From NCBI RefSeq assembly GCF_006345805.1, contig NC_043007.1, positions 60,016,001-60,080,000 of the forward strand: a DNA stretch of 64,000 nucleotides, in the 5' to 3' direction. The position numbers and the translations under genes are program-made. This document shows, piece after piece, positions 52,820-64,000 of this stretch. The notes beneath the pieces were generated by a model. That model saw only the letters and a list, made by a program, of their open reading frames with translations, was not told where the DNA came from and did not search any database. Within the stretch, counting starts at the first letter, position 1; every line of letters starts with the position of its first letter. Source of the DNA: Octopus sinensis. Lineage: Eukaryota.

Positions 52820-53149
52820 GGAGTGGCTGAGTAGTAAGTAGCTTGCTTGCCAACCACATGATTCCGGGTTCAGTCCTATTGCGTAGCAGCTTAATCAAGT
52901 GTCTTCTACTGTAGCCTCGGGCCGACTGAACCCTTGTGAGTGGATTTGGTAGACGGTAACTTAAAGAAGCCCGTCGTACATATATATATGTACATACGAC
53001 GAGCCTCTTTCAGTTTCCGTCTACCAAATCCATTCACAAGGCTTTGGTCAGCCCGAGGCTATAGTAGAAGACACTAGCCCAAGGTGCCACGCAGTGGGAC
53101 TGAACCCGGAACCATGTGGCTGGTAAGCAAGCTACTTACCACACAGCCA
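52820..53149. mobile_element. Two SINE family B heads in inverted orientation (fold-back)
   Basis: 52820-52978 (+) and about 52995-53149 (-) separated only by a short AT tract. Confidence 0.9.
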
Positions 53150-53287
53150 TTGTGGATCTACTGCTGAATGAAAATCTCATCTTCTCATCAGATTGTAGGC
53201 TTACCTGGCCACGTTGGCCATTCACTGGTTTGATAGTGTTTCCGTAGTTGGTTGGTTAGCCTAGGCATCATCATTATCCTCATCACT

Positions 53288-53337
<50 letters not shown>

Positions 53338-53347
53338 TATCAACATC

Positions 53348-53388
<41 letters not shown>

Positions 53389-53789
53389 TTTCATTATCAT
53401 CTTTTAATGTCCGTCCTTGCTAACATGAGCTGGACGATTCGACAGGCTCTGACGGGCCTGAGAACTGCGTTGTGCACCAACATTTGCTTCGGCATGGTTT
53501 CAATGGATAAATACACTTCCTAAAACATTACCATCTATATAATTATTATGTAATAGCTACATAATAATGCAATACTTATATAAATGAGTATTGCATATTA
53601 CACAATTGTACAATGATCACACTGTGTAACAAATTTATTTATTTATTGTCTTTGGTCAGTAAGAGTTATTTCCTATTTGCTTCTATCAAGAAATTAAAGG
53701 AAATGACTACTATTCCCTTCAAACATTACTTTTGTGACCTGGACATCAATGTTTTGAAACTGACCTATTTTCCATTACATTTCAGGCAG

Positions 53790-53960
53790 AGTCTGCGCCG
53801 AGTTGGTGAAGCAGAATTTTGTAGAACATTCTAGAAGTTTCAAGAACGTTCTGATGGCAGTATAAATACAAAGATCGTAAGCTCATCAGTTCAGTTTACT
53901 TCTAGCTGTCCAAGTGTAAAAGTCGTCGTTGATAGCTGCATTCGTAACAAAAGCAAAGTT
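53790..53960 (+). mobile_element. Possible LTR fragment
   Basis: AGAACATTCTAGAAG motif followed by TATAAATA, as seen in some gypsy LTRs. No TG...CA ends identified. Confidence 0.25.
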
Positions 53961-56129
53961 TGAAGGAAATAGCCATTTTTCATACTTTCTTGGGGTAAAG
54001 CAAATAGGAAATAAAATTTGCTATCCTAGGACAAAAATTGCGGTACACAATGTTATATAACCACAATATGATAATTATATAACATAAAATAATGATTATA
54101 AATATTTAAAATTGTTTAGATTTTCCATTCAGATTACATTGTTCCCTTGTACTTTTGTAGCTTAACATAAACAATAGAGGTGATTTGTAGTGTTGCGCTG
54201 TAGGTTGTAGCGATTGCCTGTTCTTGTGTTTATAATTTCGTTATCTCCCGGAAATTTGCTAATTTATATACAGTCTTGTGCTCTTTTCGTGTTCATTTAC
54301 ATTTTTTACCAATTTCTCAAGTTTGTATTTGAAGAAGTTTTCGACTGTTCTTGATTTGTACCTGACTTTTGTAATCGATTCAGCTACGCCCACACACACA
54401 CACCTCACCTAGAAAAATGCCAGAAAAATAAAATGATTTTAGCGCCTAAATAATGTCAGTTTATACACCCAAGTCCTTGTATGGTGAGCCACAATTCAAG
54501 TTGTCCTCCGTTGCTCTTTTCTTTTTATAAACTGTCATTTACAGATATCTTCTTCTCCTCCTCCTCCTCCTTCTTCTTCTTCTTCTTCTTCTTCTTCTTC
54601 TTCTTCTTCTTCTCCACAGCTTCCTTCGATGGCAGAGTGAGGTAAGTAAAAAGAGAGTATTAAGAACCTATAAGAAAATAGACGCGCGTTGTCTTTTCCC
54701 CCTCGCTAACATGAGCTAGTTCATTTTTAACATGATTGAACTAGTCCATATGCAACCAGTGGACAGTTATATGAGGACTTATTAAAGAAAACGTATAAAA
54801 TAATGTATTTTATTTTGTTTTTTCCTCGGTGGCGGTTGGGATCTGATTCTTGCCTTGTTTTGTCTTTGTATTTATTTTTTACAAATATTTCTCCAGTGAC
54901 CGAGTCTTGTTCTCACTACTGTCTATTGGAATTATTCTCCTAGTACCAAATACAGCCAAGAAAGATATCGAGCGAAATTATTTATTTCTATCTAGTATCT
55001 GCAAGGTTACAAAGAAAAACTGCTGATATTCAGACTGGAGATAAGATGGCAACAAAGAGACTATCGCTTTCTGCCAAATGAAAAACAAGGAAAAAAAATA
55101 CCTCCCCAGCTTATTATAAATAGAGCACGTATTAAAGTGATCCTTGGTCGTCTGTTGCAAGATAGACAATGATTAGAAATAGCCTGTAGAATATTTATTT
55201 AAAGTAAAATATATTGTATAAATAATATTACGTTTATAGCTAACAACCTATGGAAGGATAAATCGTTTGTGACATTTCAAAAGAATTACTCGGCCTTTCA
55301 CAAAGGATTCACGTAAAAAATGAGATGTTACAGCTCTTATTGAGCTATTAATTACACACACACACACACACACATACATATATATATATACATGCACGTA
55401 CTCACACACATGCATATATATATATACATATAAACTTATATACGCATACATATATACACATACATTCATGCATATATAAACACAGTGTGTGTGTGCTTGT
55501 AAGTGCATGTGTGTGGGTGTGTGTACGTGTGTGTGTGTGTGTGTGTGTGATTGAGCACGTGCGTGTGAATGTAAATAGCCAACAGGCTGTTGAATGCAAT
55601 ATTTGTACTGTCTCCAAGTGGTAATATATGTCCATGAAGAAAGATTTTGATTGAAGTTCTCTAAAAAGGAAATCAATTTGGATAATAGGATTTGGGATCC
55701 GAAGAAATATAATAGAATTGCCATTATTAGTCTGTAAAAATCACAAACTGAAAAGCCCAAATGTCATTACAGAAATTACTGATTTCTATACATTAATTAA
55801 AAGGCAATTTAAGTATCCTATTCAGTTGATCTTGCTGGTGTATCCTCCTTTTTGTGTGCGTGCGTGTACGTGTTTGTGTGTGTGTGTAGGTGGGTACAGA
55901 ATAGTTATATGGTTAAAGAAGTTTGCTTCGAAATCATCATGGCCAGTTTCATACCAGCGTGCACTAATTATCATGGCCTGGACATCATCCCAGTTTTCAT
56001 GTGTCTCATACCAGTCCAAACCTTTTGAATGAAACTATACAGAAATACGTTGTAAAAGTTTAACCTGTTACCCAAAGAGCCATCTTTACTTGATAGGGTG
56101 TCACGTTGAGACAACGTAATGATTACTCA

Positions 56130-56380
56130 TGTATAAAGCTCTGGAGAATACTGAGCAACATACATTTTCTATATTCTTTTTTTGTACTATGTCATCTTCC
56201 CATAGTCCTAGAGGTCATCCAAATGGTCCTTTCTCACACTTTGGATACTATTTGATAAGTGTACTGGATCCTCTATTGCCTATGTTCTTTGCACCCCTAT
56301 TGTCTATGTGTTGCACGCGATCTGTGGTATGGAGTTCCGTCATACTAATAAATCTCACCTTCATCCAAGTCTGGTATCAG
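56130..56380 (-). mobile_element. RTE-like LINE 3' fragment
   Basis: Decayed ...YPKCEKGPFG.PL.LWEDDIV resembles the W.PR..KR..GRP..RW.DDI terminus of RTE ORFs. Confidence 0.55.
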
Positions 56381-56389
56381 TGAGAGTTT

Positions 56390-57196
56390 GTCAGAAGGCA
56401 TTAAGGAAAGCAAAACACAGTGAGGTAGGGTCAGTTGGGCATCGTCTGCGAGAAAGGTAGCACCATGACGCAATTCACTCTGTCAGAAATTTGGAAACGA
56501 CATGCTGTACTAATTGGCATTCACGCTGGAAGCTCCATTACGAACAGATGGTGAACATACAGAACAACCGTTGGCTTGACGTGTCCCCAAAACATGTACC
56601 GAGAGTGATAAAATCAAACATCATGATATTTGGAGTGGTCATTAGTGATGGCGACGTTATGCCTCCATTCTTCTTCCCACACGGCCTCAGACTCAACACA
56701 GAGGCCTACGTGCCTAAATGCCGGGAGGAGGTAGTGCTGCCCTGGACCAAATGGGTGACTGTTAGAAGACCCTATGTCTTGCAACAGGACTCTGCGCCAT
56801 GCTACACAAGCAAGAGAACCCAGTCATGGCTGTCATATAATTTCTGCGACCACATCACCCCTATCATCTGACCACCTAACTCCCCAGACTACAACCGCCT
56901 TGATTATTATGTGTGGGCGAGAGTCCAACAAAACTCTTTGTAACGCCAAAGATGAACTGAAGGCAAGGATTATGGCAGTATTCCTCAACTTAAACAAGGA
57001 GACTATTGAGAAGAGTTGCAGGAGATTCCGAAGTCGTCTGGAAGCCGTGGTTGGAGCTAATGGCAATTTTATTGAATAAATTTACTCTTCAGTATTTCAA
57101 GACATTTTTATGCAATTTTGGTAAATATATCTGTTAAAATGGTTATTTTCAAAATTTGCGTATTTTAGACGACAATATATTCACCGCACCTTGTAT
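56390..57196 (+). mobile_element. maT-type (DD37D) Tc1/mariner element, internally deleted and decayed
   Basis: QQDSAPC...(W)PPNSPDYNRLDY with 37 residues between the two Asp. Right TIR ...ATATTCACCGCACCTTGTA. Confidence 0.88.
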
Positions 57197-57230
<34 letters not shown>

Positions 57231-57370
57231 ATACACACACTCAGATATAGGTGAACTGTAGTGAATAATGGAGATAAAAGCTGTCAAGATGTAAACAATA
57301 CATTAACATAAACCGAAAACAAAAGATAGGAAGCTTATCTCGTGTTACAGCGTGAAGATAAAAAAATAAA

Positions 57371-57401
<31 letters not shown>

Positions 57402-57584
57402 ACAACAACAACAACAACAACAATAATGTGTAAGCTGATCGCTAAACCAATTACAAGAAGCAAGTCGAAGGGTCGGGGTATTACAGTATAACGATGATTT
57501 TGATTCGTAATTTAGTTGATAGCTAATAAAAGTAAATGAATAAATTTGTGATGAAGAAATAAAGGATTTCAAACATGACAATGA

Positions 57585-58020
57585 TAATGATGATGGTGAT
57601 GATGATGACGATGACGACGACAACAACGACAATAACGACGAGAATGATGATGTAGACAACGACAACTATGATGACGACGACGATGATGATTATGATGATG
57701 ACGATATTGTCTACATTATCGTCGTCGTCGTCGTCATCATCATCACGATTATCTTCGTCATTGTCGTCACCGTCACCGTCATTGTCTCGTCGCTGTCATT
57801 GTCGTCGTCGTGATCATCATCATTATCATTACGATCATCTTCGTCATTGTTGTCATCGTTGTCATTATCGCCACCATCATTGCTGTCATCGTAATTGTCA
57901 TCGTCGTGATCATCGATATTGTCATCATTGTAACGTTCATGATCATGGTAAGGATCAGGATCATCGCCGTAGTCGTTGTCTTCATCCTCCTCCTCATCAT
58001 CATCATCATCCCACATATCT
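57585..58020. repeat. Degenerate (GAY/AAY)n array followed by its complementary (RTC)n array
   Basis: Strand switch near 57703; GATGATGTAGACAA is mirrored by TTGTCTACATTATC. Confidence 0.85.
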
Positions 58021-58380
58021 TCATGAAATCTGTCCTTTATCATTTTCCCCATTTTTATTTGTTTATTTATTAAGTAGACTGTGACTTGTTTTTATCACAT
58101 ATTGTTCGAGGGTTAGTGGAGAAAATTCATTTTTTTTTGTCTCCGACAAGCTCATTTATGTTAGGATAGTAGTGGGGGAGGAGGTGATTTGCACGATCAA
58201 TTTTTCATTGCCGCTTCGAACAATCGTGAAACTGATGGAATACGAGTAGAAAACCGTCCTTTGCACTGAGATCAGTGCGAGGTTTCTCTCCTCACGGTTT
58301 TTCAACTTGGCTGGCCTCGTTTCGGACACCACTTTTTACCCTTTTTCTCCCACCCTTTTGCAATTTTCTCTAAATTACGT

Positions 58381-58522
58381 TTACTCCCTATCACCTCTGG
58401 ACGATGGCTTAGAATCAATGTCCGGGATCTCTAGTTGATTCTGTGATGTAGGCCTCGATGCCCTATCTCCGTGACCACCGGTACCAGCTGCTGCCTTAAC
58501 AGGTACCTTAGCGTTCGTTATT
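58381..58522 (-). CDS. Candidate small coding exon, product unknown
   Basis: GC-richer island with a TTTAAG acceptor and open frame ITNAKVPVKAAAGTGGHGDRASRPTSQNQLEIPDIDSKPSSRGDRE*. Confidence 0.3.
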
Positions 58523-58538
58523 CTTAAATATAATAATA

Positions 58539-58593
<55 letters not shown>

Positions 58594-58594
<1 letters not shown>

Positions 58595-59261
58595 TAACTG
58601 CAGAATATGTGGAGATGGACAAGAAACAATAAATCATATTATCTCTAGCTGCTCAGTCCTGGCTAAGAAGGAATATATTCACAGACATGACAGAGTTGGA
58701 ACCTACATACATTGGAAGCTATGCCAACATTATGGAATAACAACAGAAAAAAGATGGTATAGGCACACACCAGAAAAGGTCACAGAAAACGAGAAAGCAA
58801 CCATACTCTGGGATATGCCGATACACACAGATAGAGAAATTAAGGCCAACAGACCAGATATAGTTGTCAGAGATCATGAAGAAAAAAATGCTTTCTAATT
58901 GATGTATCAATACCGGCTGATGACAACGTATCTCTAAAAGAAATGGAGAAACTCTCAAAATACAAAGACCTGGAAATAGAGGTAACTAGAATGTGGAATC
59001 TGAAAACAGAAACAATTCCTATCATAGTAGGTGCATTAGGCATGATAAAAAAATATTCAGACAAATACATAACAAAAACACCAGGACTTACAAACACATA
59101 TAACATACAGAAAATTGCACTACTAGGCACTGCACACATCCTACGCAGAACACTTTCCATACAATAACCATCAGAGCATCACAACAAATCACAGCACATA
59201 CCCAAGGCACACAGAGCTGCGCTCGGTAGTGAAGTGAAAGCACGCTATAAAAATAAAACTA

Positions 59262-59265
<4 letters not shown>
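58594..59265 (+). mobile_element. 5'-truncated R4/Dong-like LINE: CCHC knuckle, RLE endonuclease and 3' UTR
   Basis: CRICGDGQETINHIISSC...RHD...ILWDMPIHTDREIKANRPDIVV...IDVSIP...KEMEKLSKYKDL...IVGALG. One frameshift in an A7 run. Ends in (AAT)n. Confidence 0.93.
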
Positions 59266-59327
<62 letters not shown>

Positions 59328-59566
59328 CTATAGGCACAAGACCTGAAATTTTAGGGGAGAGGATAGTCGATCACATCGACCCAAGTGTTTCACTGGTACT
59401 TAATTTATTGACCCGAAAGAATGAAGGGCAAAGTCGACCTCGGCGGAATTTGAACTCAGAACGTAGCAACGGGCGAAATACCGCTAAACATTTCGTCGAG
59501 CGTGCTAACGATTCTGCCTTCTCGCTGCCTTAAGTAATAATAATAATAATAATAATAATAATATTA

Positions 59567-59625
<59 letters not shown>

Positions 59626-59630
59626 AATAA

Positions 59631-59674
<44 letters not shown>

Positions 59675-59739
59675 GGGTGGTATATGGAGCCGCTGTTGAA
59701 ACACACGAAGAAGGCTGGCATCATCAAAACTGAAAATTA

Positions 59740-60609
59740 TGTAACTAAAGAAAAATATAAACAAGAAATTAACAAAAAAAAAAAAGCATGGGAGGAAAAT
59801 AAAATGTACAGTCAGTCTGCAAGTGATGTGAACGCCAAGACAGATACAAATGACCGGTGGCTATGGATGAGGAGGATTGACCTGAAGATAGAAACAAAAG
59901 CGCTCATATGCGCAGCTCAGGAAGAAGCTTTAAGGACCAATTATATAAATTGCAGAATAGACAACACTGTCGATAGCGACAAGGGCAGAATATGTGGTGA
60001 GACATCGTTAGCGAATGTCCGAAATTGGCACAACACGAATACAAAAGATTCCGTGACAATGTGGCAAGAATGACCCATTAGGAGCTCTGTGGAAATCACA
60101 GCCTACAAAGAGCAAAAATGTGGTATGAGAATACTCCGGAAGGAGTCATCGAAAATGAGAATTGCAAAATCCTGTGGGATGCAATGATCCATTGCTATCA
60201 CCTGGCTAGACATCGGACGGAAATCGGTGAATAAAAAAGAAAGAACATGTATGATAATCGACATAGCATGCCTCGGTGACAACAGGATCAATGCGAAAGA
60301 AGGAGAAAAAATAAACAACTATGACGATTTAAAGTGGGAAATACAAAGGTTGTGGTCAATGAAGAGAGTAGACGTGATACCAATAGTATTTGGTGCACTT
60401 GAAAGTATCACCACTCAACAACCAGCATGGCTGAAAAAGATCGGTGCAACTGGGAAGGTAGAACACCTACGAAAAATCAGCATTGCTTGAAACTGCAAGA
60501 ATTCTTCGCAGGGTTCTTGGTGCATGACCAGTAAACAAGTGTCACCTTAGTTTGCTGACTGTAGACGACTGACACTTTCGATCATACTCAAAATAAGCTG
60601 TGAGTCTTC

Positions 60610-60612
<3 letters not shown>
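59740..60612 (+). mobile_element. Second, older R4/Dong-like LINE 3' fragment
   Basis: LKIETKALICAAQEEALRTNY...KILWD...IIDIACLGD...EKINNYDDLKWEIQRLW...PIVFGAL. Ends in (AAT)n. Confidence 0.9.
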
Positions 60613-60676
<64 letters not shown>

Positions 60677-60879
60677 CCTTTCTACTATAGGCACAAGGCC
60701 TGGATTTTTGTGGAGAGGGTGACAATCGATCACATTGACCCCAGTACTTGACTGATGCTTAATTTATCGACCCTGAAAGGATGAAAGGCAAAGTTGACCT
60801 CAGCGGAATTTGAACTCAGAACGTAACGACGGACGAAATACCGCTTAGCATTAATGATAATAATAATATTTTTAAAACT

Positions 60880-61645
60880 GATGCTAAGAAATGTTACTGA
60901 GAATAAGGAAAAGACACGCCTGACATGAAAGAAGTAGTGACATTTTGGAAAAGTATATGGAGTGATAGAAAGGAAATCAGCAAAGAAGCTGGATGCGTAG
61001 GGAGGAAAGAAGAAAGAATGGTTAAGATTGAAGAACAGGGATGGAACGATATTACAATGCAGGAACTAACTCAACTTCTATCTAAAGCTCATAAGTGGAA
61101 GTCTCATGGACATGATAAAATCCCAAACAACTGGCTTAATAGCCTCTCCTCATCACAGCGTCAGTTAATGGAATGTTTAATATCATCAGAAATCCCTTAA
61201 AGACTCCAAGCCGACTAACATTAGAGATATCATACTTACTCCCTAAAACAAGTGACACAAAAAACAAAAAAAGCTACATGCCGATCGCTTGTTTGACTAC
61301 CACTTACAAAATACTTACATCCATCCTCCCCGAAAGTATGTATCAATTCCTTGATGGAAGCAACATCCTTCCCCTTGAAGAAAAAGGGTGCAAAAGAAAC
61401 TCATACGGCTGCAAAGATCAGCTATTAATAAACTATATAATACTCGAAAATTGATCATCACAAAAACGAATTCTTATTCACAGCATGGATTGACTATCGT
61501 AAGGCATTTGACAGTGTCCACATAGCAGGATCTTAAAGGCACTAAATATATTCAGGATCACTCCTTTCTTAAAAGGTTTATTACAGCACAGTATGGGACT
61601 GTGGAACACAAAATTATTTATCAACCACGAGAAAGGATCGTATGT
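60880..61645 (+). mobile_element. R4/Dong-like LINE RT N-terminal fragment
   Basis: FWKSIWS...KAHKWKSHGHDKIPNNWL...PIACLTTTYKILTSIL...EKGCKRNSYGCKDQLLIN...WIDYRKAFDSV. Confidence 0.9.
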
Positions 61646-61659
61646 GTCAGAAAGCATCA

Positions 61660-62020
61660 AATAGATCGATGATTACATTGACCCCAGTGCTGGACTGGTA
61701 CTTATTTTATCGACTCCGGAAGGACGAAAGGTAAAGTCGACCTCGGAGAAAATTCGAACGGGAAGACGGACAAAATGCCGCAAAGCATTTTGGCCGGTGT
61801 GCTAATTTCCCTCCCAGCTCACCACCTTAAATAATAACAGCAATCTTTTCTACTTTGGGCAAAAGGCCTGAAATTTGGGGGGAAGGGGGCTAGTCGATTT
61901 CATTGACCCCAGTACCTGACTGGTACTTATTTTATCGACTCCGAAACGATGACAGGCAAAGTCGACCACGGTGGATTTTGAACTCATAACATGAAAAGCC
62001 GGAAGAAATGCCACTAAGCA
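61660..62020 (-). mobile_element. Two head-to-tail SINE family A copies
   Basis: Cores at about 61725-61760 and 61955-61990. Confidence 0.8.
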
Positions 62021-63025
62021 GCGCAACGGATAAACGGGACGATAAAGACAGACGTAAAGTGCTTTTCGTGTTATTTGTGGACGATGATATAAAGATGGGT
62101 TTTCTGCATTTTGTCTTTCAACTTTTATTTTGCAGCAGCATATTTTAGAATTGTTTATCCTCTTTATCCTAACGCATGCTTTGCCACAGGTTCATATTCT
62201 TCTCATCACACAAGGTTTCTGTACATCCACTAACTCCATGCCGACAGAGATAGATCTGAAACTGCGCATGCGCGTGTGTGTGATTCTCTGGGTTGTTAGA
62301 CCAGCCCAAGTCAACTCTCTTGTCGGTAAGGGTAGTAGTTGTGTAGTAATTGGTTCCTGGTTTGTGTCACTCGTTTGTTGCCACTGCTGTTGTTGGGGTT
62401 GTTGTGGCAGATCTTCATTGTAGTTCCTGCTATTGGAGTTGTTCCCTGTTCCCGCAGTTGTTGTTGTTGTTGTTCTTCTTCTTCTTCTTCTTGCTGCAGC
62501 AGTCGCAGCTGCTTTGGTCGAAGTTAGTAGTTGCATTTTTGTTGTTGCTACTGGCTTTCTGGTTGCTGTTGTCGGCGTAGTTGTTGTTGTGGTTGTAATA
62601 TTGGCAAAAGAGTGGGTCTTCTTCCAGTTGCCTTTTATTATTGTGGACAGAAGGCTTTTAAATGGGAGTTTTACTCGCATCTATGGCATCGAGATTTTCT
62701 GTCTTTCCCTTTAACCTGGAGTTGTGTCCTGTTCGACAGCTCAGTTAGTCTAGGGTTCTCGTCCAGTGTATCCGACTTTAACAGGATCAAAGTTTCCAAC
62801 CCAATCCCGGACCAATTCTCTTTACGATATTTTTTAATATCAAGCCGGGTATCCGAGTTTTCGAGTACTACATATGCCACCACCCACCAGATGATTAATT
62901 CTGCTTGCAAGTCTGTTAGTTTAAGTCCGTGTTTGCATTGGACATTGAATGTTTCTGTGCAAGGAATCTCACTTCTAAAGAGTCATATTGCCTTCTGTGA
63001 GTCATAAAGTTGATGTCAGTCAACT

Positions 63026-63540
63026 TTAAGCATTATTCGACTTGGATGTGTGAGGCATTAAAATCCCGTTGATTTTTTTTATAGAAGCACATTCATATGA
63101 AATAGTTCTTTTGGCAGTCCTTTCCATCAATTCTGAAAGGAGAGCAAGTAGGATTCTTCTATTTTCTCTATTGAGAAGCTTTTCTACTTCGATCAGGTTA
63201 TTGTGTTTTTCTTCTAAGAAAACCTGCTCCTGTGACCTTGTTATCACTGCAAATAAGTTATTGTTGTTGCTCTTGATGATACTGCTGACGTTGTTTTTGC
63301 AGATGTTTTTGTTGTTGTTGATGCTGCTTGTTGTTGTTAGGCAAGAAGACGGGTACGGGTGATTAGGTGATGGTCTAGGGCTTAGGGGCGGGAGACCCCA
63401 GATCTTGGAAAAAAAAACTTTGGTCGTCTTGTTGTAGTCGAGGGCTCTTCGTTGACGCCCGACACCACTGAGAGGTGGCCCTCGAAGTCGCTGGAAATGG
63501 AGATCTCCAGGTCCAAATTCTTGAACGGCTGTTGCTGCTG
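63026..63540 (-). CDS. Candidate coding exon (requires one extra T in the T9 run), low-complexity protein, unidentified
   Basis: TTATAG acceptor, then QQQQPFKNLDLEISISSDFEGHLSVVSGVNEEPSTTTRRPKFFF / SKIWGLPPLSPRPSP...EQVFLEEKHNNLIEVEKLLNRENRRILLALLSELMERTAKR...NNA*. 26 of 30 codons at 63439-63528 end in G or C. Confidence 0.4.
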
Positions 63541-63592
63541 CTATAAGTGGTTGTGGTAGAGGTGGTGGTGGTGCTGGTGGTGGTGGTGCTGG

Positions 63593-63624
<32 letters not shown>

Positions 63625-64000
63625 CCAGACTTTCTGGTGGTGGATGAGTTTTAAAGCTGATGGTTTCGCAGGTGCTATTTATGTTTTCGAAGTGGCTGGT
63701 TGATCGATATTATAATTGTTGTTGTTCTTGTTGCCATAGTAATTTTCCTGTTCCCCGTCTTATAATTGTTGTTGTTGCTACTGCTGCTATTGCTGCTGTT
63801 GTTCGTGTTATATCTTAGGTAATGGTGATGATCATGATGACGATGAGTGGTGGTGATGATGATCATGATGGTGGTGGTGGTGGTCTTGCTGCTACTGCTG
63901 CTGCTGCTGGAGGTGGTGTTATTATTTCTGTCGTCTGCTTAGCGATCAGACGACATGTGCATCATGAGTAGAAGCAGTGGGGAGCATCATAGCTGTGTGT

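Noticed and set aside
57711-58052. Acidic Asp-rich protein on the minus strand
   Set aside because: Translation of a degenerate GAT/GAC microsatellite with no splice or start support.
58226-58286. Hammerhead-like fold CTGATGGA...GAAAACCGT/ACGGTT
   Set aside because: Extra base in the core, a 2-nt loop II and no proper cleavage nucleotide; too many exceptions.
62130-63362. Plus-strand hydrophobic V/L/C-rich ORFs as membrane proteins
   Set aside because: They are antisense shadows of ACA/CAA/CAG repeats.
63250-63999. Ciliate-type TAR = Gln code or parasite contamination
   Set aside because: TGA stops occur in the same frame, the region is contiguous with host SINEs, and CAR-to-TAR changes are common in mixed triplet repeats.

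Overview
AT-rich, microsatellite-saturated eukaryotic DNA. The two abundant tRNA-derived SINE families look like those I know from Octopus genomes, so cephalopod origin is inferred, not proven. Nearly all ORFs in the supplied track are microsatellite artefacts. Recognisable content is transposon debris: Tc1/mariner elements (mariner, maT DD37D, and an intron-containing IS630/Tc1-like element), R4/Dong-like RLE LINEs clustered in TAA arrays, L1/Tx1, RTE and CR1-like fragments, hAT termini, a Helitron-like end, and many SINEs. No host gene can be named. There are a few candidate exons (45.9 kb +, 58.4 kb -, 63.0-63.5 kb -) and one unidentified decayed ORF (43.4-44.1 kb -). The main result is a set of type I hammerhead ribozymes that no ORF track shows. 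Three have intact catalytic cores and unusually long, branched stem II inserts. Two sit on the arms of a 773-bp palindrome (2987-3759). One sits in a highly structured, terminally redundant 494-nt non-coding unit (38831-39473) that looks like a Penelope-type pLTR or retrozyme. Several decayed hammerhead motifs are scattered across the window. Single-base drop-outs in the microsatellites suggest residual assembly indels, so individual frameshifts should be treated with caution. No CRISPR, rRNA or bona fide tRNA genes were seen.
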